DNA from: Burkholderiaceae bacterium
Lineage (GTDB): Bacteria; Pseudomonadota; Gammaproteobacteria; Burkholderiales; Burkholderiaceae_C
Assembly (NCBI GenBank): GCA_964228805.1
Contig: CAXRBE010000121.1
Span: forward strand, 4,889 to 68,888
Direction of reading: 5' to 3'
Length of the DNA stretch: 64,000 nt
In this document: positions 8,989 through 19,846 of the stretch, one piece after another
How the letters are laid out: each line of letters starts with the position of its first letter
Numbering within the stretch: the stretch's first letter is position 1
Program-made: the position numbers and the translations under genes
Notes under the pieces: model-generated
What the model saw: only the letters and a program-made list of their open reading frames with translations
The model's database searches: none
Told to the model about the DNA's origin: nothing

Positions 8989-9058
8989 CTTGGAACGGGT
9001 ATGTTAAAACCCCGGCTTTCGAGCCTTTTGACTAACGGTCTATTTCGGAAGACACCCC

Positions 9059-10240
9059 ATGGATCTGGCATTTACTCCTGAAGAACAGCAATTTCGCCAA
9101 GAGGTGCGCGACTGGGTGCGCGCCAACCTGCCGGACGAAATCCGGCATAAGGTGATCAACGCTCTTCATCTCACGCGTGAAGACCACCAGCGCTGGGCGC
9201 GTATCCTGGGCGGCAAGGGCTGGCTGGCCTCAGGCTGGCCCAAGGCCTTTGGTGGCCCGGGCTGGAGCGCAGTGCAAAAGCACCTGTTTGAGGAGGAGTG
9301 CGCCCTGGCCGGTGCGCCCCGCGTGATTCCTTTTGGCCCGGTGATGGTGGCACCAGTCATCATGGCCTTTGGCACCAGGGCGCAGCAAGAACGCTTCCTG
9401 CCCGGCATCGCCAGCGGGGATGTCTGGTGGAGCCAGGGCTATAGCGAGCCGGGCTCGGGTTCTGATCTGGCCTCGCTCAAGACCCGGGCCGAGCGTCAAG
9501 GGGATCACTACCTGGTCAATGGACAGAAAACCTGGACCACCCTGGCCCAGTATGGCGACTGGATTTTTTGCCTGGTGCGCACCAGCAACGAAGGCAAACC
9601 GCAGACTGGCATCTCCTTTCTCCTGATCGACATGAAGTCTGCCGGCGTGACTGTGCGTCCGATCCGGCTGCTGGATGGCGAATGCGAGGTCAACGAGGTG
9701 TTTTTTGACAATGTCCGGGTCCCGCTTGACAACCTCATAGGCGAGGAAAACAAGGGCTGGACTTATGCCAAGCACCTGCTCAGCCATGAGCGCACCAATA
9801 TTGCCGATGTCAACCGCTCCAAGCGCGAGCTCGAGCGCCTCAAGCGCATTGCCAGGGACGAAGGCGTTTACGGCGAGCCGCGCTTTCGCGACGAAATTGC
9901 CCGCCTCGAAGTCGATGTGGTGGCGCTGGAGATGATGGTGCTGCGTGTCCTGTCGGCCGAAAAATCTGGCAAGCAGTCGCTCGATGTCGCCGGACTGCTC
10001 AAGATCCGGGGCAGCGAGATTCAGCAGCGCTACGCCGAGTTGATGATGCTGGCAGCTGGCCCCTACGCTATCCCTTTGATCCAGGAGGCCATGGAGGCGG
10101 GCTGGCAGGGAGACTTTCCCGGCGGATCCCTGGCCAATGCACCGCTGGCACTTGGCTATTTCAACTGCCGCAAAACCACGATTTATGGCGGCAGCAATGA
10201 GGTGCAACGCAATATCGTGGCACAGACCATCCTGGGTTAG
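9059..10240 (+). CDS. Acyl-CoA dehydrogenase, PimC-like large subunit
   Basis: WSQGYSEPGSGSDLASL, NGQKTWTT, NEVFFDNV and TIYGGSNEVQRNI motifs. Confidence 0.9.
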   Translation: MDLAFTPEEQQFRQEVRDWVRANLPDEIRHKVINALHLTREDHQRWARILGGKGWLASGWPKAFGGPGWSAVQKHLFEEECALAGAPRVIPFGPVMVAPVIMAFGTRAQQERFLPGIASGDVWWSQGYSEPGSGSDLASLKTRAERQGDHYLVNGQKTWTTLAQYGDWIFCLVRTSNEGKPQTGISFLLIDMKSAGVTVRPIRLLDGECEVNEVFFDNVRVPLDNLIGEENKGWTYAKHLLSHERTNIADVNRSKRELERLKRIARDEGVYGEPRFRDEIARLEVDVVALEMMVLRVLSAEKSGKQSLDVAGLLKIRGSEIQQRYAELMMLAAGPYAIPLIQEAMEAGWQGDFPGGSLANAPLALGYFNCRKTTIYGGSNEVQRNIVAQTILG

Positions 10241-10257
10241 AAAAAGGAATAGAGGCC

Positions 10258-11373
10258 ATGGATTTTGATTTCTCTGATGATCAGATGCAGCTGCGCGACG
10301 CAGTGAACAGATGGGTGGCCAGGGCCTACAGCTTTGAGCGCCGCCGCGCCATCGTCCAGGCTGGTGGCTGTTCCACCGAGGCCTGGCAGGAGCTGGCCGA
10401 ACTCGGCCTGTGCAGCCTGTATGTGCCGCAGGACGAGGGGGGTCTTGGCATGGGCCCGATCGAGGGCATGGTGGTGATGGAAGAGCTGGGCCGTGGCATG
10501 GTGCTTGAGCCGCTGGCGCAAAGCCTGATTGCTGCCGCGGTGCTGGCCAACCATGCAGATGTCAAGCTCAGGTCTGCCTGGCTGCCGCGGATTGCCTCGG
10601 GTCAAGCCATGGTGGTGCTGGCACAGCAGGAGCGCAAGGCGCGCTACCGGCTCGATGCCTGCGAGACCACCGCCACACAGGCGGGAGACAACTGGCTGCT
10701 CAGTGGCAGCAAGCATCTGGTGCCGGCAGGAGATCTGGCCGATGCCATGCTGGTGCCAGCCATGGCCCAGGGCAGGATGGCATTGTTCCTGCTCGATCGC
10801 ACCACAAGCCAGGTTCGCACACGGGGCTACAGCACCCAGGACGGCGCCCGGGCTGCCGATCTGCAGATGACGCAGGCGCCAGCGCAGCTGATCACCACCG
10901 AAGGTCTGGCTGCTCTTGAGCTGGCGGTGGATGTTGGCATAGCTGCCCTCTGCGCCGAAGCGGTGGGTGTGATGGACATGACCATGAAGACCACGCTGGA
11001 GTACCTCAACACGCGCAAGCAGTTCGGAGCCGCCATTGGAAGTTTTCAGGCCCTGCGCCACCGGGCTGCAGACATGAAGATGCAGCTTGAGCTGGCGCGC
11101 TCGATGAGCTATTACGCCAGCCTCAAGCTCCATGCCCCGGCTGATGAGCGCCGGCGCGCCTTGTCCCGCGCCAAGTACCAGCTGGGCCAGTCGATACGCT
11201 TCATCGGCCAGCAGTCGGTGCAACTGCATGGTGGTATTGGCGTGACCGATGAGTACATCGTCAGCCATTACTTCAAGAAACTGACCCAGCTGGATTTGAC
11301 CTATGGCGACAGCCTGCACCACCTGGGCGAGGTCTCTGCCCGCATGCAGGACACGGCGGGGGTGTTCAGCTGA
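10258..11373 (+). CDS. Acyl-CoA dehydrogenase, PimD-like small subunit
   Basis: RKQFGAAIGSFQALRHR and QLHGGIGVTDE motifs; paired with the upstream ACAD as in heteromeric pairs. Confidence 0.88.
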   Translation: MDFDFSDDQMQLRDAVNRWVARAYSFERRRAIVQAGGCSTEAWQELAELGLCSLYVPQDEGGLGMGPIEGMVVMEELGRGMVLEPLAQSLIAAAVLANHADVKLRSAWLPRIASGQAMVVLAQQERKARYRLDACETTATQAGDNWLLSGSKHLVPAGDLADAMLVPAMAQGRMALFLLDRTTSQVRTRGYSTQDGARAADLQMTQAPAQLITTEGLAALELAVDVGIAALCAEAVGVMDMTMKTTLEYLNTRKQFGAAIGSFQALRHRAADMKMQLELARSMSYYASLKLHAPADERRRALSRAKYQLGQSIRFIGQQSVQLHGGIGVTDEYIVSHYFKKLTQLDLTYGDSLHHLGEVSARMQDTAGVFS

Positions 11374-11386
11374 GCCGGCGCTGACC

Positions 11387-13414
11387 CTACTTGAGGATGC
11401 CCAGCAGATTGGTGAAACTGTCGGTCCAGGGCCTGAAACCAGGACGGGGCTGAAGTATCTGTGCGCCTTGCAGCTGGGGCAGCAGGCCAGCCAGCGAGTC
11501 GGGATCGACCAGCAGAACCCAGACCGAGTTCATGCACAGCAGGTTGTCCTGTGCCGGCTCAAAGTCCTGCAGCAGCGCTGTTTTACCAAAATGCCCAGCT
11601 GCAGCGGCCATCACAGGTTGCAGGTCGAGGTAATGGTTGGTGATATGAACAGCCAGCATGCCACCGGGCTTGAGATGACCTAGATAGGTGTGCAGGGCCT
11701 CCAGCGTCAGCAAGTGGGTGGGAATCGAGTCACCTGCAAAGGCATCCATCACCAGCAGGTCAAATTGCTGGGGCTGCTCACGCTCCAGCATAAGGCGGCC
11801 ATCACCCAGAACATGCTCAACCCGGGCCTGGGAGTCGGACAGGTAGCTGAATTCGCTGCGCGCCAGTTGGAGTACCTGCTCGTTGATCTCGTAAAAACGA
11901 AATTCATCACCGGCCCGGCCATAGGCCGCCAGGGTACCGGTGCCCAATCCGAGTATGCCGATCTTTCGTTGGTTTCTGCCATCCAGCGCGCGCATGGTGC
12001 GCCCAATGCCGGATTGTGCGCAGTAGTACGCGGTGGGGGTGCGTCGCAAATCCTGACTCAGGTACTGCTCCCCATGGTTGATGCGTCCATGCACCAATTG
12101 CCGCAAGTGACCGTGTTTTGCCTCGGGGTTGTCCACCACACGCAACTGGCTGTAGAAATTGCGCACCACCTGGCGAAAGCCGTCCACGTAGCCAAAGCTG
12201 ATCATGCCCAGCCGCACTCCATAGCCAAGCAGCAGCAAGAGCAACAAGACTTTCCACGCCGACCTGAGTTCGGACCACAGAACAATCAAGACCAGGGCGG
12301 CGCAGAGAAACAATCCCAGGGGCAGTTCGTAATAGGCATTGAACACGGCTGGTGCCACCAAGCCCACCAGAACCCCGCCCACCGCGCCCCCAATCGACAG
12401 CATCAGGTAGAACAGGGTGAGATGGCGCGGCGGTGGTTTGCGGCGCACCAGTTCGCCATGGCAGACCATGCAGAAAGCAAACAGGCTGATGCTGATGAGG
12501 GGAACCAGCCATTGCACATCGGTGCCGTCATCCAGGGAGAAGTCCAGCGCCACAAACGACAGCACGGCCAGCGTCAGGAACAGGGGGCGCACATAGTAGC
12601 GGGGCGCATCAAAGCACAGGATGAAGCTGAGCAGGTAGATGCTCAGCGGCAGCACCCACAGAAAGGGAATGGGGGCCACATCCTGGGTCAGGTGACGGGT
12701 GAGCGACAACAGCAAGATCGATGGCGTGGCCGACAGGCCGATCCAGAGCAGGCGCTCAGCCCAGGAAGGCGCCGGCGCGAGTTCAAGGGTGGCAGCCTCG
12801 GTCGAATTGGCCGAGACGCTGACGCGCCGCCAGGCATAGAGCGAGGTGGCAAGGCAGGAGGCAACAAACAGCGCGTAACCCATTGACCAGCCGCGGGCCT
12901 GGGCATCAACTGCCCAGATCGGTTCGACCAGCACTGGGTAGCTCAGCAAGGCCAGCATGGATGCCAGGTTGGACAGTGCATACAGCCGATAGGGATGGGC
13001 GCTGGTGACTGCCGCAGAGAAGGTGCGCGCATACCAGGCCTGCATCAGCGGCCCCGTGGTGGACAGCAGCAGATAGGGGATGCCCACAGCAGTTGCCAGG
13101 ACGGCCAGCACATTCCACCCCGGATGCTCCAGCGCCACCCCTTTCCAGCTGGGATCGGCGGCCACCGGCAAGGCCAGCAGGCTGACCAGTAGCAGGGCCA
13201 TGTGCAGGCGCAGCTGCTGCCGGGGTGCCAGCTTTTCATGCAGCCAATGCACATAGGCATAGCCCAGCAGCAGCGCAGCCTGGAAAAAAACTATGCAAAC
13301 ACTCCAGACGGAAGAAGAGCCGCCAAACCAGGGCAGGATCATCTTGCCCACAATGGGCTGGATCTGGAACAGCAGGAAAGCCGAAAGAAATACCGTCGTG
13401 GCAAACAACAACAT
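11387..13414 (-). CDS. Multi-pass membrane protein fused to a spermidine-synthase-like SAM-binding domain
   Basis: Hydrophobic N-terminal two-thirds (FLLFQIQP, PWFGGS, PYRLYALSN); C-terminal GILGLGTGT, GDGR and LVMDAF; start taken at ATG 13414. Confidence 0.85.
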   Translation of the reverse strand: MLLFATTVFLSAFLLFQIQPIVGKMILPWFGGSSSVWSVCIVFFQAALLLGYAYVHWLHEKLAPRQQLRLHMALLLVSLLALPVAADPSWKGVALEHPGWNVLAVLATAVGIPYLLLSTTGPLMQAWYARTFSAAVTSAHPYRLYALSNLASMLALLSYPVLVEPIWAVDAQARGWSMGYALFVASCLATSLYAWRRVSVSANSTEAATLELAPAPSWAERLLWIGLSATPSILLLSLTRHLTQDVAPIPFLWVLPLSIYLLSFILCFDAPRYYVRPLFLTLAVLSFVALDFSLDDGTDVQWLVPLISISLFAFCMVCHGELVRRKPPPRHLTLFYLMLSIGGAVGGVLVGLVAPAVFNAYYELPLGLFLCAALVLIVLWSELRSAWKVLLLLLLLGYGVRLGMISFGYVDGFRQVVRNFYSQLRVVDNPEAKHGHLRQLVHGRINHGEQYLSQDLRRTPTAYYCAQSGIGRTMRALDGRNQRKIGILGLGTGTLAAYGRAGDEFRFYEINEQVLQLARSEFSYLSDSQARVEHVLGDGRLMLEREQPQQFDLLVMDAFAGDSIPTHLLTLEALHTYLGHLKPGGMLAVHITNHYLDLQPVMAAAAGHFGKTALLQDFEPAQDNLLCMNSVWVLLVDPDSLAGLLPQLQGAQILQPRPGFRPWTDSFTNLLGILK

Positions 13415-13449
13415 AGAAGCGGCCTGCAGGCTAAAGGGGAGGGCCGGGG

Positions 13450-14007
13450 TCAGACCAGCAAACGCGAGGAGCGTGGCACATGCGCCATCAGAAACTCCAT
13501 CTGGTCGGCCAGGATGCGGCGGTTGCGCAGAATGAAGTCTTCCCACAGGCTGGGCACATAGGGCGCATAAATCAGTGGCATGCCGGCTTGTTCCGGGGTG
13601 CGGTGGCTTTTGCGATGGTTGCAGGCACGACAGGCAGTGACCACATTCATCCAGTGATCGCGGCCCCGCTGGGCAAAGGGAATCACATGCTCGCGCGTCA
13701 GGTCGGTCTCATGGAAGTGGCCGCCGCAGTAGGCGCAGAAATTGCGGTCGCGCGCAAACAACTTGCTGTTGGTCAGGCTGGGGCGCAGGTCGAAGGGGTT
13801 GATATTGGGCACGCCCTTGGTGCCAATGATGCTGTTGACGGTAATCACCGATTGTTTGCCGGTGATGGCGTTGTGGCCGCCATGGAAGACCGCAATTTCA
13901 CCGCCGGATTCCCAGCGCACTTCGTCTGCCGCGTAGTGCAACACAGCTTCTTCCAGCGAAATCCAGGACTGGGGCAGTCCCTGGGCCGACAGCTTCAAGA
14001 CTTTCAA
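13450..14007 (-). CDS. HNH endonuclease family protein
   Basis: RDRNFCAYCG, REHVIP and NVVTACRACNHRK motifs; probable TTG start at 14007 with GGAGG 6 nt upstream. Confidence 0.85.
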   Translation of the reverse strand: MKVLKLSAQGLPQSWISLEEAVLHYAADEVRWESGGEIAVFHGGHNAITGKQSVITVNSIIGTKGVPNINPFDLRPSLTNSKLFARDRNFCAYCGGHFHETDLTREHVIPFAQRGRDHWMNVVTACRACNHRKSHRTPEQAGMPLIYAPYVPSLWEDFILRNRRILADQMEFLMAHVPRSSRLLV

Positions 14008-14140
14008 ATCATGCCTCCTGCGACGGGTGAGCCTACAGCACCCTGAGTGCGCCTGGCTCAGTGCGCCACAATATACCGTGTTTTGATGCCTATTCCTGCC
14101 GCTATTGGCCTCGCTGTTGTTTTCAGGTGCTTGCTGATTC

Positions 14141-15190
14141 ATGAAGATTTTTCGGGGTTACCACCACCCTGGCATTGCCGCGGCCTGCGCGCTGACCATT
14201 GGCAACTTTGACGGTGTCCACCGGGGCCACCAGGCCATGCTCGCCCTCATGCAGGGTGAGGCGCGCCAGCGCGGGTTGCCCAGCTGCGCGCTGACATTCG
14301 AGCCGCACCCGCGCGACTACTTTGCCGGTCTCGCGCACAACCCAGGGCTGGCGCCAGCGCGCATTGCCACCCTGCGCGACAAGCTCAGCGACCTGCAACG
14401 TTGCGGCATAGACCAGGTGGTGATCCTCCCATTTGATGCCCAGCTTGCTGCATTGTCGCCCCGGGCCTTCATCGAGCAGGTGCTGGCAGGCGGCCTGGGT
14501 GCGCGCTATGTGCTGGTGGGTGACGATTTCCGCTTTGGTGCCAAGCGCGCAGGCGACTATGCCTTGCTTGACGATGTGGGCAGCTCACTGGGCATGGATG
14601 TGGCTCGCATGAACAGCTACGAAATATCCTATTCGCACCTGCCCAATCTCGCACCATCTGCCCGCGCGCTGGCCACTGCCGGCAGCGGGCACAGCCAGCG
14701 TATATCCAGCTCGATGGTGCGCCAGGCGCTCTCTGAGGGGCGCATGCAGGACGTGGCGCGTCTGCTGGGGCACCCGTATCACATCTCAGGCCATGTGCTG
14801 CATGGCCGCAAGCTTGGGCGTGAGCTTGGCTTCAAGACCCTCAACCTGCGTTTTGCCCACTGGAATCCGGCAGCCAGCGGCATCTTCGCGGTACTGGTGC
14901 ACGGCCTGACCGCTGAGGTGCTCAAGGGTGTGGCCAACTTGGGGGTGCGGCCCTCGCTGGATGCGGGTGATGTCAATGGCGGTCGGGTGCTGCTGGAGAC
15001 GCACTGCCTGGACTGGCCGATCGAGCTGGGCCATGAAGGGGCCTACGGTAAAATTGTCCGAGTGGAACTGCTCCACAAGCTGCACGACGAATTGAAGTAC
15101 GACAGCCTGGAATCGCTGAGGCGCGGCATCGCCAAGGATATCGATGATGCGCGGGCGTATTTCGCATCTACCCGCCATCATGAGCTCTGA
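14141..15190 (+). CDS. ribF: Bifunctional riboflavin kinase / FAD synthetase
   Basis: [19 protein letters not shown] and [15 protein letters not shown] motifs. Confidence 0.95.
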   Translation: MKIFRGYHHPGIAAACALTIGNFDGVHRGHQAMLALMQGEARQRGLPSCALTFEPHPRDYFAGLAHNPGLAPARIATLRDKLSDLQRCGIDQVVILPFDAQLAALSPRAFIEQVLAGGLGARYVLVGDDFRFGAKRAGDYALLDDVGSSLGMDVARMNSYEISYSHLPNLAPSARALATAGSGHSQRISSSMVRQALSEGRMQDVARLLGHPYHISGHVLHGRKLGRELGFKTLNLRFAHWNPAASGIFAVLVHGLTAEVLKGVANLGVRPSLDAGDVNGGRVLLETHCLDWPIELGHEGAYGKIVRVELLHKLHDELKYDSLESLRRGIAKDIDDARAYFASTRHHEL

Positions 15191-18110
15191 CAAGACCAAA
15201 GTCGATTACCGCGCCACGCTGAACCTGCCCGAAACCCCTTTCCCCATGCGGGGCGACCTGCCCAAGCGCGAGCCGGGCTGGGTCAAGGACTGGGACGACA
15301 AGGGTATCTACCGCAAATTGCGCCTGGCGCGGGCCGGTGCGCCCAAGTTTGTGCTGCATGATGGGCCGCCTTACGCCAACGGCCAGATTCATATCGGCCA
15401 CGCAGTCAACAAGATCCTCAAGGACATGATCGTCAAGGCGCGCCAGTTGAAGGGCCTGGACGCGCAATACATTCCGGGCTGGGACTGCCACGGCCTGCCT
15501 ATTGAAAATGCCATTGAGAAGCTGCACGGCCGCACACTCGGCTTACATGCGGCTGATGATGGCGGACCAACTGCTGGCAGCGAGCAGGCGACAGGGGGCG
15601 CGATTTCGCCGCTGGCTGCGCGCGCGCAGGTGCAGGCGGAATGCCGCGCCTTTGCCACCGAGCAGATCGGGCAGCAGATGGTCGACTTCAAGCGTCTGGG
15701 TGTGCTGGGCCAGTGGGACAACCCCTACCGCACCATGGATTTTGTCAACGAGGCGGCCGAAATTCGCGCCTTCAAGCGGGTGATGGAGCGTGGCTTTGTC
15801 TATCGCGGCTTGAAGCCGGTCTATTGGTGCTTTGACTGCGGCTCATCGCTGGCTGAGTTCGAGATCGAGTACCAGGACAAGAAGAGCAGCACGCTGGATG
15901 TCGGCTTTGAATGCGCCGAGCCGCAGAAATTGACAGAGGCGTTTGGCTTGCCGAAGCTTGAGCAGCCTGCCTATGCGGTGATCTGGACCACCACCGCCTG
16001 GACCTTGCCAGCCAACCAGGCACTCAATCTCAACCCCGAACTGGCGTACGCGCTGGTGCAGACCGAGCGTGGCCTGCTGCTGCTGGCTGCGAGCCTGGTT
16101 GAGCAGTGCCTGGCGCGCTACCAGCTCAGCGGCCAGGTGTTGGCCACCACGCTGGGAAAAAATCTGGCACTGATCAACTTCAAGCATCCGCTCTATGATG
16201 TGGATGCCGGCTACCGCCGATTCAGCCCGGTCTACCTGGCCGACTACGCCACTGCCGATGATGGCACCGGTATTGTGCACTCGGCGCCCGCCTATGGTGT
16301 GGACGATTTCAACAGCTGCGTCGCCCACGGCCTGCGCTACGAAGACATCCTCAACCCAGTGCAGGGCAAGGGTTCCTATGCGGCGGACTTCCCGCTGTTT
16401 GGCCGCCTCAACATCTGGAAGGCGGTGCCAGTGGTGATCGAGGCGCTGAGAAACGCCGGCCGCCTGTTTGCCACCCAGGACATCGTGCACAGCTACCCGC
16501 ACTGCTGGCGCCACAAGTCGGCGGTGATCTACCGTGCCGCGGCCCAATGGTTTGTGCGCATGGATGAGGGCGAGGGCATCTTCACCCGCGACAAGGCGCC
16601 GCAGACCCTGCGCCAGTTGGCCCTGGCCGCCATCGAGGAAACCCGTTTCTATCCTGAGAACGGCCAGGCCCGACTGCGCGACATGATCGCCAACCGGCCT
16701 GACTGGTGCATTTCGCGCCAGCGCAGCTGGGGCGTGCCGTTGCCCTTCCTGCTTGATGTGAACAGCGGTGAGCCGCACCCGCGCACGCCCGAGATCATCG
16801 ACCTGGCTGCTGCGGTGGTGGAGCAAGGTGGCATCGAGGCCTGGAGCCGGCTGAGCGCAGCTGAGGTGCTGCAGCGCATCGGTGACGCCTCCGATGCCGC
16901 TGGATGGAGCAAGAGCAGCGATATTCTGGAAGTCTGGTTCGACTCGGGCACCACCCATACCACTGTGCTCAAGACCTCGCACCCTGGCGGCGGCCATGAA
17001 GACGGCGGCCCCGAGGCCGACCTCTACCTGGAGGGCCATGACCAGCACCGCGGCTGGTTCCATTCCTCGCTGCTGACAGCCTGCGCCATGTATGGCCGCG
17101 CGCCCTACAAGGGCCTGCTCACCCACGGCTTCACTGTCGATGGCCAGGGCCGCAAGATGAGCAAGAGTGTGGGCAATGTGGTGGCGCCCCAGCAGGTCAG
17201 CGAGAAGATGGGCGCTGAGATCATCCGCCTTTGGTGTGCCGCCACTGACTACTCGGGCGACCTGGGCATTGATGACAAGATACTGGCGCGGGTGGTCGAT
17301 GCCTATCGCCGCATCCGCAACACCCTGCGTTTCCTGTTGGCCAATGTGAGCGATTTCGACCCGGCTCAAGACACCTTGCCAGTCGATCAGCTGCTGGAGA
17401 TTGACCGTTACGCACTGAGCCGAGCGGCCGAGCTGCAATCGGAGATTCTGGCGCACTACGAGGCCTACGAATTTCACCCGGTGGTGGCCAAGCTGCAGGT
17501 GTATTGCTCGGAAGACCTGGGCGCCTTCTACCTGGACATCCTGAAAGACCGGCTCTACACCACCGCGCCCAAGTCCTTGGCGCGGCGCAGCGCCCAGACC
17601 GCCTTGCGCCAGATCACCCACGCCATGCTGCGCTGGATGGCACCCTTTCTCAGCTTTACCGCCGAAGAGGCCTGGCAGCTGGTGGGCCAATCAGAATCCG
17701 TCTTTCTGGAGACTTACTCAGAGCTGGCCGCACCAGTGCCCGTTTTGCTGGCCAAATGGTCGCGTATCCGTGCCATCCGCGATGTGGTGAACAAGCACAT
17801 TGAGGCCCTGCGCGCCGAAGGCAAGGTGGGTGCCTCCCTGCAGGCCAATATCAGGCTGACGGTCAGCGTTGAAGACCATGCCTTGTTGTCAAGCTTGGGC
17901 GAAGACCTCAAGTTTGTTTTCATCACCTCGACAGTTGCGCTCGAGCAAGGCAGTCAGCTGTCGGTGCAGGTTCAGCCCAGCAGCGCGCAAAAATGCGAGC
18001 GCTGCTGGCACTACCGCGACGATGTGGGCGCCGATGCCGCTCATCCCTCGCTCTGCGGCCGCTGCACCAGCAACCTCTTTGGCGCAGGAGAAAAGCGCCT
18101 ATGCGCCTGA
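15180..18110 (+). CDS. ileS: Isoleucine--tRNA ligase
   Basis: [20 protein letters not shown] and KMSKS motifs; C-terminal CERC..CGRC zinc finger; start ATG 15180. Confidence 0.97.
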   Translation: MSSDKTKVDYRATLNLPETPFPMRGDLPKREPGWVKDWDDKGIYRKLRLARAGAPKFVLHDGPPYANGQIHIGHAVNKILKDMIVKARQLKGLDAQYIPGWDCHGLPIENAIEKLHGRTLGLHAADDGGPTAGSEQATGGAISPLAARAQVQAECRAFATEQIGQQMVDFKRLGVLGQWDNPYRTMDFVNEAAEIRAFKRVMERGFVYRGLKPVYWCFDCGSSLAEFEIEYQDKKSSTLDVGFECAEPQKLTEAFGLPKLEQPAYAVIWTTTAWTLPANQALNLNPELAYALVQTERGLLLLAASLVEQCLARYQLSGQVLATTLGKNLALINFKHPLYDVDAGYRRFSPVYLADYATADDGTGIVHSAPAYGVDDFNSCVAHGLRYEDILNPVQGKGSYAADFPLFGRLNIWKAVPVVIEALRNAGRLFATQDIVHSYPHCWRHKSAVIYRAAAQWFVRMDEGEGIFTRDKAPQTLRQLALAAIEETRFYPENGQARLRDMIANRPDWCISRQRSWGVPLPFLLDVNSGEPHPRTPEIIDLAAAVVEQGGIEAWSRLSAAEVLQRIGDASDAAGWSKSSDILEVWFDSGTTHTTVLKTSHPGGGHEDGGPEADLYLEGHDQHRGWFHSSLLTACAMYGRAPYKGLLTHGFTVDGQGRKMSKSVGNVVAPQQVSEKMGAEIIRLWCAATDYSGDLGIDDKILARVVDAYRRIRNTLRFLLANVSDFDPAQDTLPVDQLLEIDRYALSRAAELQSEILAHYEAYEFHPVVAKLQVYCSEDLGAFYLDILKDRLYTTAPKSLARRSAQTALRQITHAMLRWMAPFLSFTAEEAWQLVGQSESVFLETYSELAAPVPVLLAKWSRIRAIRDVVNKHIEALRAEGKVGASLQANIRLTVSVEDHALLSSLGEDLKFVFITSTVALEQGSQLSVQVQPSSAQKCERCWHYRDDVGADAAHPSLCGRCTSNLFGAGEKRLCA

Positions 18111-18199
18111 TGCCTGCGAGTCCCTGCAGCCTGGCCCACTGCCGGTTGCTGCGGCGCTTGCCACCTGCGGCCGCTGTTGGTCCGGCTGAGGCCTGCTGA
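18110..18199 (+). other. Putative 29-aa small ORF / 89-bp insert bridging ileS and lspA
   Basis: ATG 18110 overlaps the ileS stop (TGATG) and its stop TGA 18197-18199 overlaps the lspA ATG (TGATG); 8-bp direct repeat CTGATGCC at both junctions. Confidence 0.35.
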
Positions 18200-18693
18200 T
18201 GCCACGCGCACGCCAGGCTCGGGGGATGTTGCGCTGGCTGGCCCTGGCTTTTGGCCTGTTGCTGCTTGACCAGATCAGCAAGGTGCTGATCCTCACCTAC
18301 TACCAGTTGGGCGACAGCACCACTGTGTTCAGTTTCTTGAACATTGTGCGCGTTCACAACTCGGGCGCGGCGTTTTCATTCCTGGCTGACGCCTCAGGCT
18401 GGCAGCGCTGGTTTTTCGTGGCCATTGGTGTGGTGGCAACGATATTCATTCTGTTCATGTTGCGCTCGCATGCCGGCCAGCGCCTGTTCTGCTTTTCCCT
18501 GGGTTGTATTCTGGGTGGCGCCATTGGCAATGTGCTGGACCGCCTGCTGCACGGTTATGTGATCGATTTCATCGATTTCCATCTGCAGGCCTGGCACTTT
18601 CCTGCCTTCAATCTGGCTGACAGCGCCATCACCGTGGGCGCCTTCTGCCTGATCCTGGATGAGCTGCTTCGGGTGCGGCGATCGCGGGCATGA
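18199..18693 (+). CDS. lspA: Lipoprotein signal peptidase II
   Basis: [27 protein letters not shown] and FNLAD motifs. Confidence 0.95.
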   Translation: MPRARQARGMLRWLALAFGLLLLDQISKVLILTYYQLGDSTTVFSFLNIVRVHNSGAAFSFLADASGWQRWFFVAIGVVATIFILFMLRSHAGQRLFCFSLGCILGGAIGNVLDRLLHGYVIDFIDFHLQAWHFPAFNLADSAITVGAFCLILDELLRVRRSRA

Positions 18694-18715
18694 AAAAGCC
18701 CGGCCAGGCCGGGCT
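18693..18715 (-). terminator. Terminator between the convergent lspA and qor genes
   Basis: AAAA-AGCCCGGCC-A-GGCCGGGCT inverted repeat with a U-tract on the minus strand. Confidence 0.6.
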
Positions 18716-18740
18716 GATGCAGTTTACCCAGGCCGGCGCT

Positions 18741-19736
18741 CTACAGCGTCAGGATGGTGCAACCAGTGGTCTTGCGTGACTCCAGGTCGATATGGGACTG
18801 GGCCACTTTCTCCAGCGGGTAAGTCTGGTCGATGTGAATTTTCACCTTGCCACTGCTGACCATGGCAAACAGGTCATCGGCCATTTCCTGTGCAGATTCC
18901 CGCGAGGCATTGTGGTTGAACAGCGTGGGGCGGGTGGTGTAGAGCGAGCCCTTGGCCGCCAGGATGTTGAGGTCAAACGGCTCCACCTTGCCCGAGGCAT
19001 TGCCAAAATTCACCGCCAAACCGAATGGTCGCAGGCAGTCCAGGGATTTCATGAAGGTGTCCTTGCCCACTGAGTCATAGACCACTTTGAGGCCCTTGCC
19101 ACCCGTAATTTCCTTGACCCGGGCCACAAAGTCTTCCTTGGCGTAATTGATCACATGGGCTGCGCCATTGGCCTTGGCCAAGGCACATTTCTCATCGGAG
19201 CCCGCAGTGCCGATCAGCTGCAGGCCCATCGCCTTGGCCCATTGGCAGGCGATCAGTCCCACGCCGCCAGCGGCAGCATGAAACAGCACATGGTCGCCAG
19301 CCTGCAGACCGCCCACCGGCAGGGTGCGGCGCAACAGGTATTGCACGGTCAGGCCCTTGAGCATCATGGCCGCGCCGGTTTCAAACGAGATGTCATCCGG
19401 CAGCTTGCACACCACCTTGGCAGGCATCACGCGAACTTCGCAATAGGCCCCGGGTGGTTGGCTGGCGTAGGCGGCGCGGTCGCCGACCTTGAGGTGGGTG
19501 ACGCCTTCTCCCACAGCTTCAACCACCCCGGAGGCTTCCATGCCCAAGGTCATTGGCAGTGGCAGCTTGTACATGCCCGAACGCTGGTAGGTGTCAATGT
19601 AGTTGAGGCCGCAGGCCTTGTGGCGAATTCGGATTTCGCCTGGGCCGGGCTCACCCACCGTCACATTGACCAACTTGAGTTGCTCGGGGCCGCCAATAGC
19701 ATCAATGCGAACGGCGCGGGAAGTCATCTGGCTCAT
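18741..19736 (-). CDS. qor: NADPH:quinone oxidoreductase (zeta-crystallin family)
   Basis: GLNYID, HAAAGGVG, VYDSVGKDT and KGSLYTTRPTL motifs. Confidence 0.9.
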   Translation of the reverse strand: MSQMTSRAVRIDAIGGPEQLKLVNVTVGEPGPGEIRIRHKACGLNYIDTYQRSGMYKLPLPMTLGMEASGVVEAVGEGVTHLKVGDRAAYASQPPGAYCEVRVMPAKVVCKLPDDISFETGAAMMLKGLTVQYLLRRTLPVGGLQAGDHVLFHAAAGGVGLIACQWAKAMGLQLIGTAGSDEKCALAKANGAAHVINYAKEDFVARVKEITGGKGLKVVYDSVGKDTFMKSLDCLRPFGLAVNFGNASGKVEPFDLNILAAKGSLYTTRPTLFNHNASRESAQEMADDLFAMVSSGKVKIHIDQTYPLEKVAQSHIDLESRKTTGCTILTL

Positions 19737-19846
19737 GGATCAGTCTCCTGAAATAGGGGTCAAAATATCGAAGGGGCCTAGTGTGCCACGAGTGGCGAGC
19801 ATCTGATCCGGGTGGGCCAGCCAGCAGGCTTGGTACATTAGGCCCG

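Noticed and set aside
15843-17690. 615-aa antisense ORF opposite ileS, and similar long shadow ORFs (9230-10207, 10237-11322, 11690-12886, 36724-38076, 49255-50457)
   Set aside because: They lie in register opposite well-supported genes, have no recognisable motifs, and are expected from GC-rich codon bias.
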